A DNA stretch of 62,088 nt, the filler included, from Pelomyxa schiedti (taxonomy: Eukaryota; Protista; Evosea), in NCBI GenBank assembly GCA_020536535.1. It is 9 parts of 9 records of this genome, joined end to end, with 100 filler letters (N's around TTAATTAATTAA, not from the genome) between each part and the next. Parts side by side here need not be neighbours in the genome. Positions count along the whole stretch, not along the records: positions 5,196 to 30,237 come from JAHLWZ010000343.1; positions 30,338 to 32,015 come from JAHLWZ010002340.1; positions 32,116 to 38,267 come from JAHLWZ010001451.1; 6 more parts are not named here. One strand, written 5' to 3'. Positions 22,209 to 32,945 of this stretch are shown here, one piece after another. The notes below the pieces were generated by a model. It ran no database searches and was not told the DNA's origin. It saw only the letters and a program-made list of their open reading frames with translations. Numbering within the stretch: the stretch's first letter is position 1; each line of letters begins with the position of its first letter. The translations under genes were made by a program, and so were the position numbers.

Positions 22209-25200
22209 ATGTCAAACAGTACTATCACCACGAGTACCAATGACAATTCTGAGTACGTCAGGAGGTTGACTGATATGGTCGCTGCTGGGGACACCTACGC
22301 TATGGAGAGTCTCGCCGAGTGTTACCTGTGCGGGGAGCATGGCGTGCCCCATGACGCCGCAAAGGGCCTGGCGCTGCTGCAACGTGCCTCCAGCGGGGGC
22401 AACGCGTGTGCCATGTTGATGCTCGCTTGGTACCACTGGGAGGGTTCCCACGGCTTGCCAAGGGACATGGGCAAGGCACACCAATTGTACGAGGCTGTGC
22501 CCCGTGGAATGGGATTGTGGAGCTTGGGCAATAACTACTACTACGGATACAGAGTAGATCGCGACGTACACAAGGCTGTGTCACTGTGGAAAAAGGGTGC
22601 CGAATTGGGCGATCATCAGTCAATGGTGGAGCTTGGGTGGTGTTACAAGAATGGCGTGGGGGTGGAGTGCCATCCACAAAATGCTTTTTCATTATTCAAA
22701 ACAGCATGCAGCAAAGATCACCGGTGCCAATGGTGTCTGGCTCAATGTTATTTGTGTGGTGAGGGTGTGGAGAGAAGAGACTTGGCACAGGCTGTGGAGC
22801 TCCTCAAGGTGTGCACACCAAATGAGGATGATGGGAATGCGCAAGCCTACCTCGGGTGGTGCTACTTGTGGGGTTGTGGAGTGGAAAGGGATGTTTCAAA
22901 GGCTATCGAGCTGTTCAACAGTACTCTTCCAAACCAAAGGGCTGAGGTATTCCTTGGGTGTTGTCATGAAAGGGGTTTGGGTGTGAGACAGGACATCAAC
23001 AGGGCCAAGGAGTTGTACAACAATGCGAAATTGTGCCATATTGATTGCTCAACACCTTTGACAGAACTGGGAGTGCATTTTCTCAGGGGTGATTGTGGAG
23101 CTCCAACAGACAAGAGAGCAGCTGTTGGATATTTCAGGATGGGTGCCGAGGTTGGTGATCCCGTTTCAATGTTCCACCTTGGTGTGTGCCTCAGGGATGG
23201 TGATGGTGTTGATTGTGACGTGAAGGAGTCACGCCTCTGGTTGGAGAAGGCTGCCAGGTTGGAACACAGAGGTGCACAGAAGATCATTGCTCCACAACAC
23301 AAATCCACCACTTCCGCTGATGATACAACTGTGGAACACAACACAACCGAGTCGTGTGCCCCAGCAACCACACCAACCTCCCACAAAAATGCAGTCTTGG
23401 AAGGGCACAACAACCTGACCCACTGTGACTGCGTCAGTCTGAGACAACAATGTGAATCGATGAAACAAATAATCACGGAACTGGAAGAACAGAAGGAAAA
23501 GGTACAAACATCCCTGCTCTAAGATCTACCCAGTAATTCCTTTTCCTTCCAGTTGTTGAAAGGGCTCGTACAAGCCAATGCAACTCTCAGTCAACACCAA
23601 ACTGCTGTTGACAATCTGCAAGGTAAAGTGAAGGAAGAAGTGGAAAAGGGTACAAGATACAAGGTGTTTCTCGTGCTTCCACATTTTCCCATTCACCCTC
23701 AAACAGAAACTCTGGGCGGACTCAACAAAGAAGAATGAAGAGGTATTTGGTGCTGAAAAAAAAGGAACCATTTTTCTTCTTTTTGGTAACAGTGCTTCCT
23801 CTTTCACTCCTCAAAAAGCTCCAGAAAGAAAAGGAACAACTTGAGAGGCGTGTCTCAGACACAGAAGTAGCTCTCTTTCAACAACAAAATTCTGTGGAAA
23901 ATCTGAGGAGAGCTCTCACAGATGAAGTGGAAATGTGCAAGAGCTACAAGGTGTTCCTTTCTTCCGTCCAACCAATTCCATCAACTCACAAGCACAGAAC
24001 ACCGTGGAGACAATGACATCACTTATTTCAGCAACACCTGCTGATTTCAGGGTCCAGAAACTGCTTGGTACTGCTTCGAATGCTGCTGCCTTCCAGGTTC
24101 AATTTCATACAACAATCAATAGCCCCACGCAGGGCGGTACTACATCATCATCATCATTATCATCATTATCACCATCATCATCATCATCATCATCATCACC
24201 ACCACCATCATCATCACCTTCAAAATCAATGTGTCTTTATAGTTCAACAGCAATGGTGATGAAAGTCCTTCTCAACTGGGAGAACACACCCCAACAGATG
24301 AGGCTGAGGCAGAAATACATGGCTGAGTGTGTGATCCTCTCATTGCTTCCTATTCACCGAAATTTGATCCACCCTCTTGGTTCCTTGGCCCTCCCTTGGT
24401 GTGTGCTTTTTCACAAATCGTTTTTTATGTGTTTTAAAAACCCCAACATCACATTCAGCCTTCCAGCTGCATTTGTGGAGACGCTACCAAGGGAAAAAAA
24501 GAATTTTCTGGAAGAACTGTGCCACACCAAGTCGTTGGCCATCCTCATGCCCCATTGTGGCATCAGCCTGTCTTCATTCCTCTCTTCCTTCAGCACCCAG
24601 AGCAAGAAGATAGTTGAAGTGGCACATGATCTCCTTCTTCAAGGGCTTAAGGCGATCCATCACATCGAGTCACATTCAATTGTCCACAGGTATTTGTGTA
24701 TTTCTGTTTTTTGTTGTAATTAACAAAGAGCACACCACACAGGGACATCAAAGATGACAACATTCTTGTTGTCCAAGAGAGTGGAAAGCTGACGCTTATT
24801 GACTTTGGCGAGGCACAGAACTGCCCATATGCTGACCTCCAAGTGGATGTTTCCCCCACAACAACATCATGGGGAAACACCAGCACAATACCACCAGAGC
24901 TGAGCATGTTCCTCAAGAGGGAAACCAGTGGTGTGTTCTCATACTCAAAGTGTGACTCCTTTGCACTTGCACTCACATTCTGGGATGCACTTGCCAAAAT
25001 CCCACAAGTTTATTGGGAGCACACAGAACCGTGACATGAGTGCATTCAACACCCAGTCTCTACTAGCTGACTTCCCTCTCCAAGTATTTTCATCTGCACA
25101 GACAGGGTCAGGACCAGTGCTGATTGGGCTGATGAACCCCGATAAGAGTGCAAGGCTTGCTACCAGTAAAGCAATATCCATGCTTGAGGGTTCTGTCACA

Positions 25201-26383
25201 CCACAGGTCCCCCTGTCGACTGTTACCACTTTCCAGGTCGACACACTCATCGGGACTGGCTCAAGTTCGGCAGTTTTCAAGGTTCAAAACTGTACAATAA
25301 CAAGCTGCAGTTCATCGTCATCACCTTTGCCAGGATCAATAGTTGTGAACAGGGACATGGTGATGAAAGTTCTTTTCAACTGGGAAGACACATCAACTCC
25401 AAAATATCTGGCTGAGTGTGAGATTCTCTCATTGGTTCCAAAACACCCAAATGTCATCCACCCTCTTGGTGAGATGGTGGTACCTTGGTAGGAGTCGCCT
25501 GAAAAAAATAGATATAAATAATAATAAATACTTACTAACACTTGTGAAAAAGCCTGCCAACAGAGTTTGTGGAGAAAATTCCCCAAAAGATTTGTAGAGA
25601 ACTGTGCCAGAAAAACTCATTTGTTATGCTCATGCCCAATTGTGGAATAACTTTGCCCTTGTTTTTCTCTTCCCTTGTGGACCAAGGCATCAAGAAACAG
25701 AAGTTTGCTGATGTCACTGAAAGTCTGTTTGTTCAGGGACTCAAGGCCATACATCACATTGCTTCTCATTTTGTTGTTCACAGGTTTGTTCTCAACAGCG
25801 CAACCAAAACTAAAACCAAGTCAGAGATATCAAGGGGGCCAACATTCTTGTTGACCCAGAGAGTGGGAAGCTGACACTGATCGACTTTGGTGAGGCCCGA
25901 CACTGCCCAAAAATGATACTTGAGCTCAATTCCAGAACACAAGCATGGGGCAATCCAGGCATGATGCCACCAGAGTTGAGTGCGTTCCTCAAGAGAATTG
26001 CAGGTGGTGCAGGTGGTGTGTTCTCATACTCAAAGTGTGACTCTTTTTCACTTGCCCTCACATTCTGGGATTCCCTCCTGCCAGAATCCCACAAGTTCAT
26101 TGGGACCCCATTGAACCATGACATGAGTGCGTTCAACACTCAGTCACTCCTCACCCAGTTCCCTGTCCCCTTATTTTCATCCCCTCCACAACAACAAGAA
26201 CCAGCACAACAAAGGTCATGGTTTTCGTGGTGGTCACCAACACCAACAGCTGTAGCAGAGGATGATCTCACTCGTCATGTCAGAGTGTTGAAGGAAGTGA
26301 TGCTTGGCATGATGCACCCTGACAAGGATACCAGACTCTCTGCCTCTGATGCTATTCACTCAATTACTGCTGATCGAGTTTGA
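22209..26383 (+). CDS. Sel1-repeat / extended coiled-coil / tandem kinase-kinase, paralogue 3 (2-nt deletion in kinase A)
   Basis: Sel1 exon, three extra phase-0 exons, kinase A (HR/DIKDDN, DFGEAQ) and kinase B (LIGTGSSSAVFKV, HR/DIKGAN, DFGEAR, WGNPGMMPPE). GCACTTGCCA at about 24990 replaces GCACTCTTGCCA seen in paralogue 1 and gives a stop at 25032-25034. Confidence 0.8.
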
Positions 26384-26766
26384 TTCTGTATACACAGTTA
26401 TACAATTGTTCTCAGTAGCTAGAGAAAAAAAGAAACGTACTTAAAACGGTCTTGTTGTTCTTTATTATGGTTAGGTGTTAAAACAACCTGGCGTGGAATC
26501 GTGAGATAGCCTTCTGCGAAAATGGAGGGAGCAACAACTCCCGGCAAAAGGGAGCCAGAACAAACAAGTGACGAAGAAGGCCCCCTTCTGCCTTGTTCTT
26601 ATTTCCACCCTGCTCCTCCTGCAAAACTCTGCCCCCCTCGGCCTCGGCTACCACACCGCGGCCGCGNNNNNNNNNNNNNNNNNNNNNNNNNNNNNNNNNN
26701 NNNNNNNNNNNNNNNNNNNNNNNNNNNNNNNNNNNNNNNNNNNNNNNNNNNNNNNNNNNNNNNNNN

Positions 26767-28193
26767 ACGTTTGTATCCAGGTTCGGCAAGAGTCTGAAGA
26801 GTTACGAAATCAAAACTCATCCCTCCAGAAGAAACTCACTGAAGTTGAAACAAATCTTTCCAACTTCAAGATTGTATTTCTCCACCCTCACCCTTATTGC
26901 CTAATTGAACTCTGCAATAAGATAAGACAACAAGAGCTTGATGCCTTGAATCAGAAAATCAACATGGATGCGGCCAAGTACGAGGCTGTCATTCAATCTC
27001 TCAACCAAGTAAGTTTTTCAAAACACCCTGTTCCTAAAATTCCTCACGGTTGATGCAGCAACTGGAAACAGCACGGTGCTCCCTTCTGAGTCAACCAGAA
27101 AACCAAACGTGGCAAGAAGAAAAACAGAGAGTGGGTGTCACTCCTCTCACAGTAAATCAAAATTCCACTGACTGTGAAAATGGAACAACAGATGGAAGAG
27201 TTTGCTGCAGTGCAGAACTCGAAAATCTCAGAGTTGGGCTCGTCTCTGGTTGATCATTTTCAAAGTGCTTGCATTCTAGTCCCTGACCAAGAAATTGCAG
27301 GTTTCCAAAGAGGAAGAGTTTACTCTGGCCACAATGAGATGTAAACAACTTGAAAACCTTGCCCAAGATGCACAGACAAAACTGGTTCAATTCACACATT
27401 CCATCAATTCTTCTCACCACACAAAGAACGAAACTATTGCAAGAGCAGAAACGGCAGAAGGAAATTTTGCAGAAATTAGAGATCTTGTGGGTGCCAAATT
27501 TCAACTTTTTTTCTTTTTAACAAACAAACAGATGAACATGGTTGAAGAAGAGAAAAAGGAAGTTGAAGAGGAAAGGAACCAGCTGCTCGAACGAACCCAA
27601 GAACTGGAGGCGGCAAAAGCTCAAATGACCGCGGAACTTCACAGCCTGAGCTACAAACTCCTGGTGCTCTCACATACCGATATTCTCAATTCCCATTTCT
27701 TTCTCCCCGCTCACATCATTTACAGCAAGCCGGCGGCTTCAACTCCCTGCCGATGAGCTCTGCACCAACAACACCAACACCCGCACACCTTCCGCAATCA
27801 ACAACCGTGTTTCCGGGAGCGATGCCCCTCACCATCTCCCAGCCCCCACCAACAAATAGAACATTCACCAGCAACAACATTGCACACAACAACAACACCA
27901 CACCGGCAGCAACCACACCGAAACCCACCCTGAATCTCCACCCGCAGTTCACCACACCACCACAACAACACCCGGACATCCAAAGGCAGCACCCTCCACC
28001 ACCGTCACCAACACCATCATCGGCAAATGTTCCCCGCACCCAGCAACGTGATTATCCAGTACTCAAAGCCACACTACCACAACAAAAACCAGCCGCCACC
28101 ACTCTTTCCACCACAGCTGAACCACTGCCGCCGCCTTCCAACGACGCTGACGACGATGGTTCTGCTGCTCTCGCCGAGTTCCTGTCATCCTGA
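26767..28193 (+). CDS. USO1: Second copy of the USO1 3' half (partial, starts at a gap)
   Basis: Near-identical to 11987-13418, with scattered SNPs. Confidence 0.85.
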
Positions 28194-28440
28194 TGGAATA
28201 CAACAATCAAACATCGTAACACCCACCCACATCACATACGGAGAAAAAGAAAAAATTCTTTGAAGCTAAGCACAAGGGCGGCATCGACAACAACAACAAC
28301 CGATTCCCCCCCTCAGGCGACCAGGACCACAAACTTCAGGTTTGCCGGCAGCAGTAATCCCAGGCACATTCAGCCCACTACCACAAAGTTAAAATTCTTT
28401 TGTTTTTGAAAGACGTTGTTCAACACATTCAACGCTTTTC

Positions 28441-29880
28441 TTATCTTCGTTGAAGCCATGAGGCCCAACCATGGAATTTAACAATGGGTTTTAACAGCTG
28501 GAATGTGATGACATGGGCACCAGAGGACTCCTCCGTGACGAGTATCTCGTGCCCGGATTCGCCTACTTGGAACAGAAGGCCACCTTCAACAAAAGGTTGC
28601 CGGAATCCCCTGTTGAGTTTCTGTGACCTCACTGGCTTGCTTGTGTCATTCACATCCCACACTGTGTAGGTGTCTGCTTCATAGCAAAAAACACAGAACT
28701 GAGACTCGTTCAGCTGTGAGACCCACCAATTTTCATTCTTGGAAGTCTCTTGGACTTGTTGTAGTCTGCCAGTTCGTTCCTCAATCATGGTGACCTGACG
28801 AATAGCAGAGGATTGCTGTGTTACAAGGGCACGACAACCACTTGATTTTGTCAGCACAAGATAATTGCAGCAGTTCCTGAAAGTTGCGTTTACAGAGAGG
28901 TTCAAGTCAGCCAACCTTGGAATTGTTGAGCTCAACACCACCAGAGTCTTGGATGACGAAGTTTCCCTGAGGTCCACAACTGCAATCTCAAAAAAGCTCT
29001 CGTTATCCATGAACAGAAGAAGGGCGTGGTCTTCATTGGTCAGTTTACAGCTTGGTTGGCAATTCCACCTTATTCTTCCCTTGCATGCAACATCAAGTGG
29101 AACAACAACGACAGATGGATTCTTGCTCAATGCAGCAGCACTTTTCTTTGGAATCTCAACAACAACCATCGTCCTCTTGTCACAGTCACACATAACCAGC
29201 CATGTTGAATTGAAACCGCGCCAGATGTTGTTCTTCCACTGTGAGGTGTAATCAAGCAGTGTCACCCGCTGGCCAGTCACCCTGTCCTGAAGGACGAACA
29301 CATAGCCTCTCCGCAGCACCAAGTAATCCCGAGTTGCAAACAAAAGGTTCACATACCTCCTCTGGACCCACCACCTCATTTCGTGAGTGAGCGTCAGCAG
29401 CACCAGTGACACCCCGAATGTGATCATCACAGTTTGCCCTTCAAAATTCCTTTGTCCTCCGTCATTGTCCCACCACACGGTGTAGAACCTCGAGTTTTCC
29501 ATCAGCCACTCCCACACCAGCCTCACAACCAGCGTCCCGTCCCCGTCCCCGTGGCCGCCACCACCACCACCACCGCCGCTCCCATAAGTGCACGTGGGCA
29601 GCCGCAGCAGGGGGCACCCGGCGCCGCCACACCGCGGGTGCGTCCCGGCGGCCATCGCGCCGACTTGGTCCCTCGCCGTCTCCTTCATCGTCTCCACCGT
29701 CGTCGTCGTTGTCGCGGTAACCATACCGGTAGTTGTGCTTGTTGACACCCGTCTGGAGATCTCCGTCGACGCCGGCACTACGGTGACCACGCGGCCCCCC
29801 TGTTGGTGGTGTCTGGTCGTAGTGGTGGCGACGGGAGCGCATGGAGGAGGAGGAGGTGATTGGGGCACAAAGGGGCGCAT
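28441..29880 (-). CDS. Lineage-specific hypothetical protein with HPRCG motif (copy B)
   Basis: Open frame nearly identical to 13640-15073. Confidence 0.8.
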   Translation of the reverse strand: MRPFVPQSPPPPPCAPVATTTTRHHQQGGRVVTVVPASTEISRRVSTSTTTGMVTATTTTTVETMKETARDQVGAMAAGTHPRCGGAGCPLLRLPTCTYGSGGGGGGGGHGDGDGTLVVRLVWEWLMENSRFYTVWWDNDGGQRNFEGQTVMITFGVSLVLLTLTHEMRWWVQRRYVNLLFATRDYLVLRRGYVFVLQDRVTGQRVTLLDYTSQWKNNIWRGFNSTWLVMCDCDKRTMVVVEIPKKSAAALSKNPSVVVVPLDVACKGRIRWNCQPSCKLTNEDHALLLFMDNESFFEIAVVDLRETSSSKTLVVLSSTIPRLADLNLSVNATFRNCCNYLVLTKSSGCRALVTQQSSAIRQVTMIEERTGRLQQVQETSKNENWWVSQLNESQFCVFCYEADTYTVWDVNDTSKPVRSQKLNRGFRQPFVEGGLLFQVGESGHEILVTEESSGAHVITFQLLKPIVKFHGWASWLQRR

Positions 29881-30338
29881 TGGTCTGGTTGTTTGATTGA
29901 TGATTTTCACAGAAAAGTGTGTTGATCATTGTGGCCTCCCTTGCTTCAATGATCAATTCATTGAGCCTAAATCGCTGTTTGGGGGTAAAAGCAGCTTTGG
30001 GGGGGGTGAAAAGTGCTCCAAATGGGGGAAAAGCGCTTTTCCCCCACCTGGCGCAGGTTCAAATTTTATTTTTTGATTTGCCCTTTTAAGCGAAAAAAAA
30101 AAAGGCATCAATCGATTTTTTTTTTACTACTTCGACGAATCTCTAATCAAAAACGGGGGTTGGTTTTCGGCTGTTTGATTGGGAGGGAGACCTGGCTCGG
30201 GGTGTTGCTGCTTTGCCGTGATGTACACCAGTGATGGNNNNNNNNNNNNNNNNNNNNNNNNNNNNNNNNNNNNNNNNNNNNTTAATTAATTAANNNNNNN
30301 NNNNNNNNNNNNNNNNNNNNNNNNNNNNNNNNNNNNNG

Positions 30339-30499
30339 ACATGACAGATCCAGCAAGGACACAGAAATCGCTCTGCCACAACACCACAGAGGCTTCCTTT
30401 GTCGATGGTGGCCTCCTGTTCCAAATGAGTCGCTCCAAGAGGGAAATACACGTCACTGCCTTGTCGCATTCCAGTTTTTCAGACCCCTTGCAGAAGTGA
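30339..30499 (+). CDS. 3' fragment of another member of the 13640/28441 family
   Basis: EASFVDGGLLFQMSRSKREIHVT resembles QPFVEGGLLFQVGESGHEILVT. The 5' part is lost in the gap. Confidence 0.55.
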
Positions 30500-30603
30500 C
30501 GTCCCATTTCTCTTTCCATCTCTGACCCCTTCACAAACCTACATTTACGAAATGAATAGACTCTTTTTGAAAAGACATTGATTTTTTTTTGGTTGTCAAG
30601 ATG

Positions 30604-31733
30604 TCAACCAAACAAGGAGAAAAGAGAAGGGAGAGGAGGGTTCCTGATGAACCTGTACTTTGCATCCCTGCAACACATGTGCACTGTTGGAAACATGGGC
30701 AGCTTTGTCTCCACGTGTTCGAATGTGCCGAGTGGTTTGAGGTTCCTGAACACACTCACCCTCCCGTGATTCGTGTCTGTGCCATCAAAGTCGATCAGGA
30801 ACGAGAACTGGTCTCCAACAACTGGTGGTCTTGTGTCATTCAACACCAACGGTCGAACTGATGACTGAAGGGCTTGTTTTCCCTGTATTTCCCCGAGAAG
30901 CGTTGATTTGCCCATGTTCAGCCCAAAGGAGTAAGTTCCCTTGGATGCCGCAGAGTAGAATGTGATTGGGTAACAGTCTCCATTTTCATAGTGAGAATCA
31001 CCAACAACACAGGAGCTGAAGGAACATGCACCAATCCCTTCCTGGTGTTTGTTGGTTTATCAAGTGAGAAACAAAGAGAGGGAAGGGTACAAAAAAACCA
31101 CCTGACAAGGAGAGTGTGAAGAACATGATAGCAGTTCAAATGCCCAATAAGCAAGGTAAGTTCCACCACAGGAGAGGGTTTGCAGTGACGGTTCCACCCA
31201 CGCTATTCTCCCCTTGGATGAACTCCCACACGTCTCCCTGATGCCGTCAGGCAGAACCCACCCAATTGTGTCAGTGCCACTATCCACAACAACACCCCAT
31301 CCCCTTGTCATCCACCGTGTCCCTTCTGTTGTTTTTGAATACACTGCAACACTCCCTGTTGTTTTTGACGAATCGATTGTTAAAGGTTAGAATCGCGTGC
31401 AGTCCAGAGCATACCACGAGCGAGGATGTGCACGATTGACACGCCGATGGAGTGAGGGACATTGAGAGTGGACATCACGCTGTTGGCTCCCGCCCTCGTG
31501 TGCCACCCACTCATAAACACAACGGCGCAGTCGTGGAAGTGACCACGTCTTCGGGCGGAAACGTGCTGTTGCTCTTGTTCTTGTTCTTGTTCTTGTGGTT
31601 GTGAGTCTGTGTCGGCGACCCTGTTGACATTGTGTGTTTCAATTGTGGGAGTTGTTGTTGGCGCAGTTGTTGATGTTGTCGGGGGTGGCTCGAGTTCCAA
31701 CCGCCTTGTTTTCCTCCTCCACCAAGACAACAT
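30604..31733 (-). CDS. Spliced protein with N-terminal HTRAG motif and C-terminal SPRY/B30.2-like domain
   Basis: Exon 1 has FMSGWHTRAGANSVMSTL. An intron restores the frame into SVAVYSK..GWGVVVDSGTDTIGWVL. The C-terminus VGDQFSFLIDFDG..GRVSVFRNLKPLG..MFPTVHM matches the SPRY pattern GD.IG.LLD...G...F..NG..LYP.V. Middle exons not fully resolved. Confidence 0.5.
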
Positions 31734-31799
31734 TTTCTTAGAATTGATTGGGATTGCTGATGATGGTGGTTCATTTAAACAATCAAGGTTCTACTGAAC

Positions 31800-32015
31800 C
31801 CCATTCTCCCACCTCTGGTTGCAGTTGCTGGTGGTCATTTCTCTTTGGGAGTAAATTTCGTGGGCGCCACACAAAATCACTCGAACAGAGAGGGAAGAGG
31901 AGGGAGAGGAGGGTTCCTGATGAACCTGTACTTTGCATCCCTGCAACACATGTGCACTGTTGGAAACATGGGCAGCTTTGTCTCCACGTGCTCGAATGTG
32001 CCGAGTGGTTTGAGG
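31800..32015 (-). CDS. 3' end of a tandem paralogue of the SPRY-like gene (partial)
   Basis: About 120 nt at 31900-32015 are nearly identical to 30625-30743. Confidence 0.55.
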
Positions 32016-32945
32016 NNNNNNNNNNNNNNNNNNNNNNNNNNNNNNNNNNNNNNNNNNNNTTAATTAATTAANNNNNNNNNNNNNNNNNNNNNNNNNNNNN
32101 NNNNNNNNNNNNNNNAAGGAGATAGGAATGGTCCTTGGTGACGAAGTGTGCTAGTGACAAGAACGCAAATTCACCCCTTGGGTTTTTGGGTGCCACAGCA
32201 ATTGGAATTTTATTATCACTTTGCCACACAGCCTTGGGCTCCTTAGTGACAAACATGAAGCAGTCCAACATGTCGTCACCAAGGACCATTCCTATCTCCT
32301 TGACTACTTTCATCACATTCTGCTTTTCAAAGTTGATATTAGCCTCCATTTGTACAGCCTTCTCCATCATCCAGTTTGACAGTGATATCCCCATTTACAG
32401 TGCCACATGCTGCTAAATATGCTTCTTCTCCAGCCTTCATTTGGAATATTCCACACATTTCTTCACTGTTTATAAGGTACTTGTGTAACACCATTGCCAA
32501 TCTCCTATTTGCTTACTAATGCTTCTCGGGAGCAAATTTACCATCACTACAAATCCAGCTGCTGTGTAAGATCCTGATTTTGATTAAGTTAACTGTGGTG
32601 ATTGCTACAACACCGCAGGGTAACTATGCTAAGTCGACATCAAAAGATCCGGCCGAGATTCCCTGGACTGCCAACTTGGTGCTCGATGTATTTTAGGGTC
32701 TCTTCTAGAATTGCGAACACCTCTTCGCGGAAATCTCATTATTTGGCTGAATAAAATAATCAACAGACCGGAACGCTGAACTTTTCGTTATTATCGCACA
32801 GGATCGGCGGTCTGGTGTTTTTTATTCAGCCATTTTTACAAAGAAATAAAGAGTCACAACCAATACCTTCGGCTCGGCATCCTCCTGTACGCAACATTCT
32901 TGTCGTTTCTTTTACCGTGACCTCTCCGTGAGAGAAGGGCGCAAA

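Larger units (their letters stand above)
26767..29950. repeat. About 3.2-kb direct duplication of 11987-15148
   Basis: Collinear, near-identical sequence at an offset of about 14.8 kb. Similarity ends after GCTTCAAT (15148/29950). Confidence 0.9.

Noticed and set aside
26522-26666. Possible gene start with signal-peptide-like text before the gap
   Set aside because: The hydrophobic frame has no ATG and the sequence is cut by the gap; cannot be supported.
32116-32301. Perfect 29-bp inverted repeat (32116-32144 / 32273-32301)
   Set aside because: One arm sits exactly at a contig end. This is the typical signature of a fold-back amplification or assembly chimera, not transposon TIRs.
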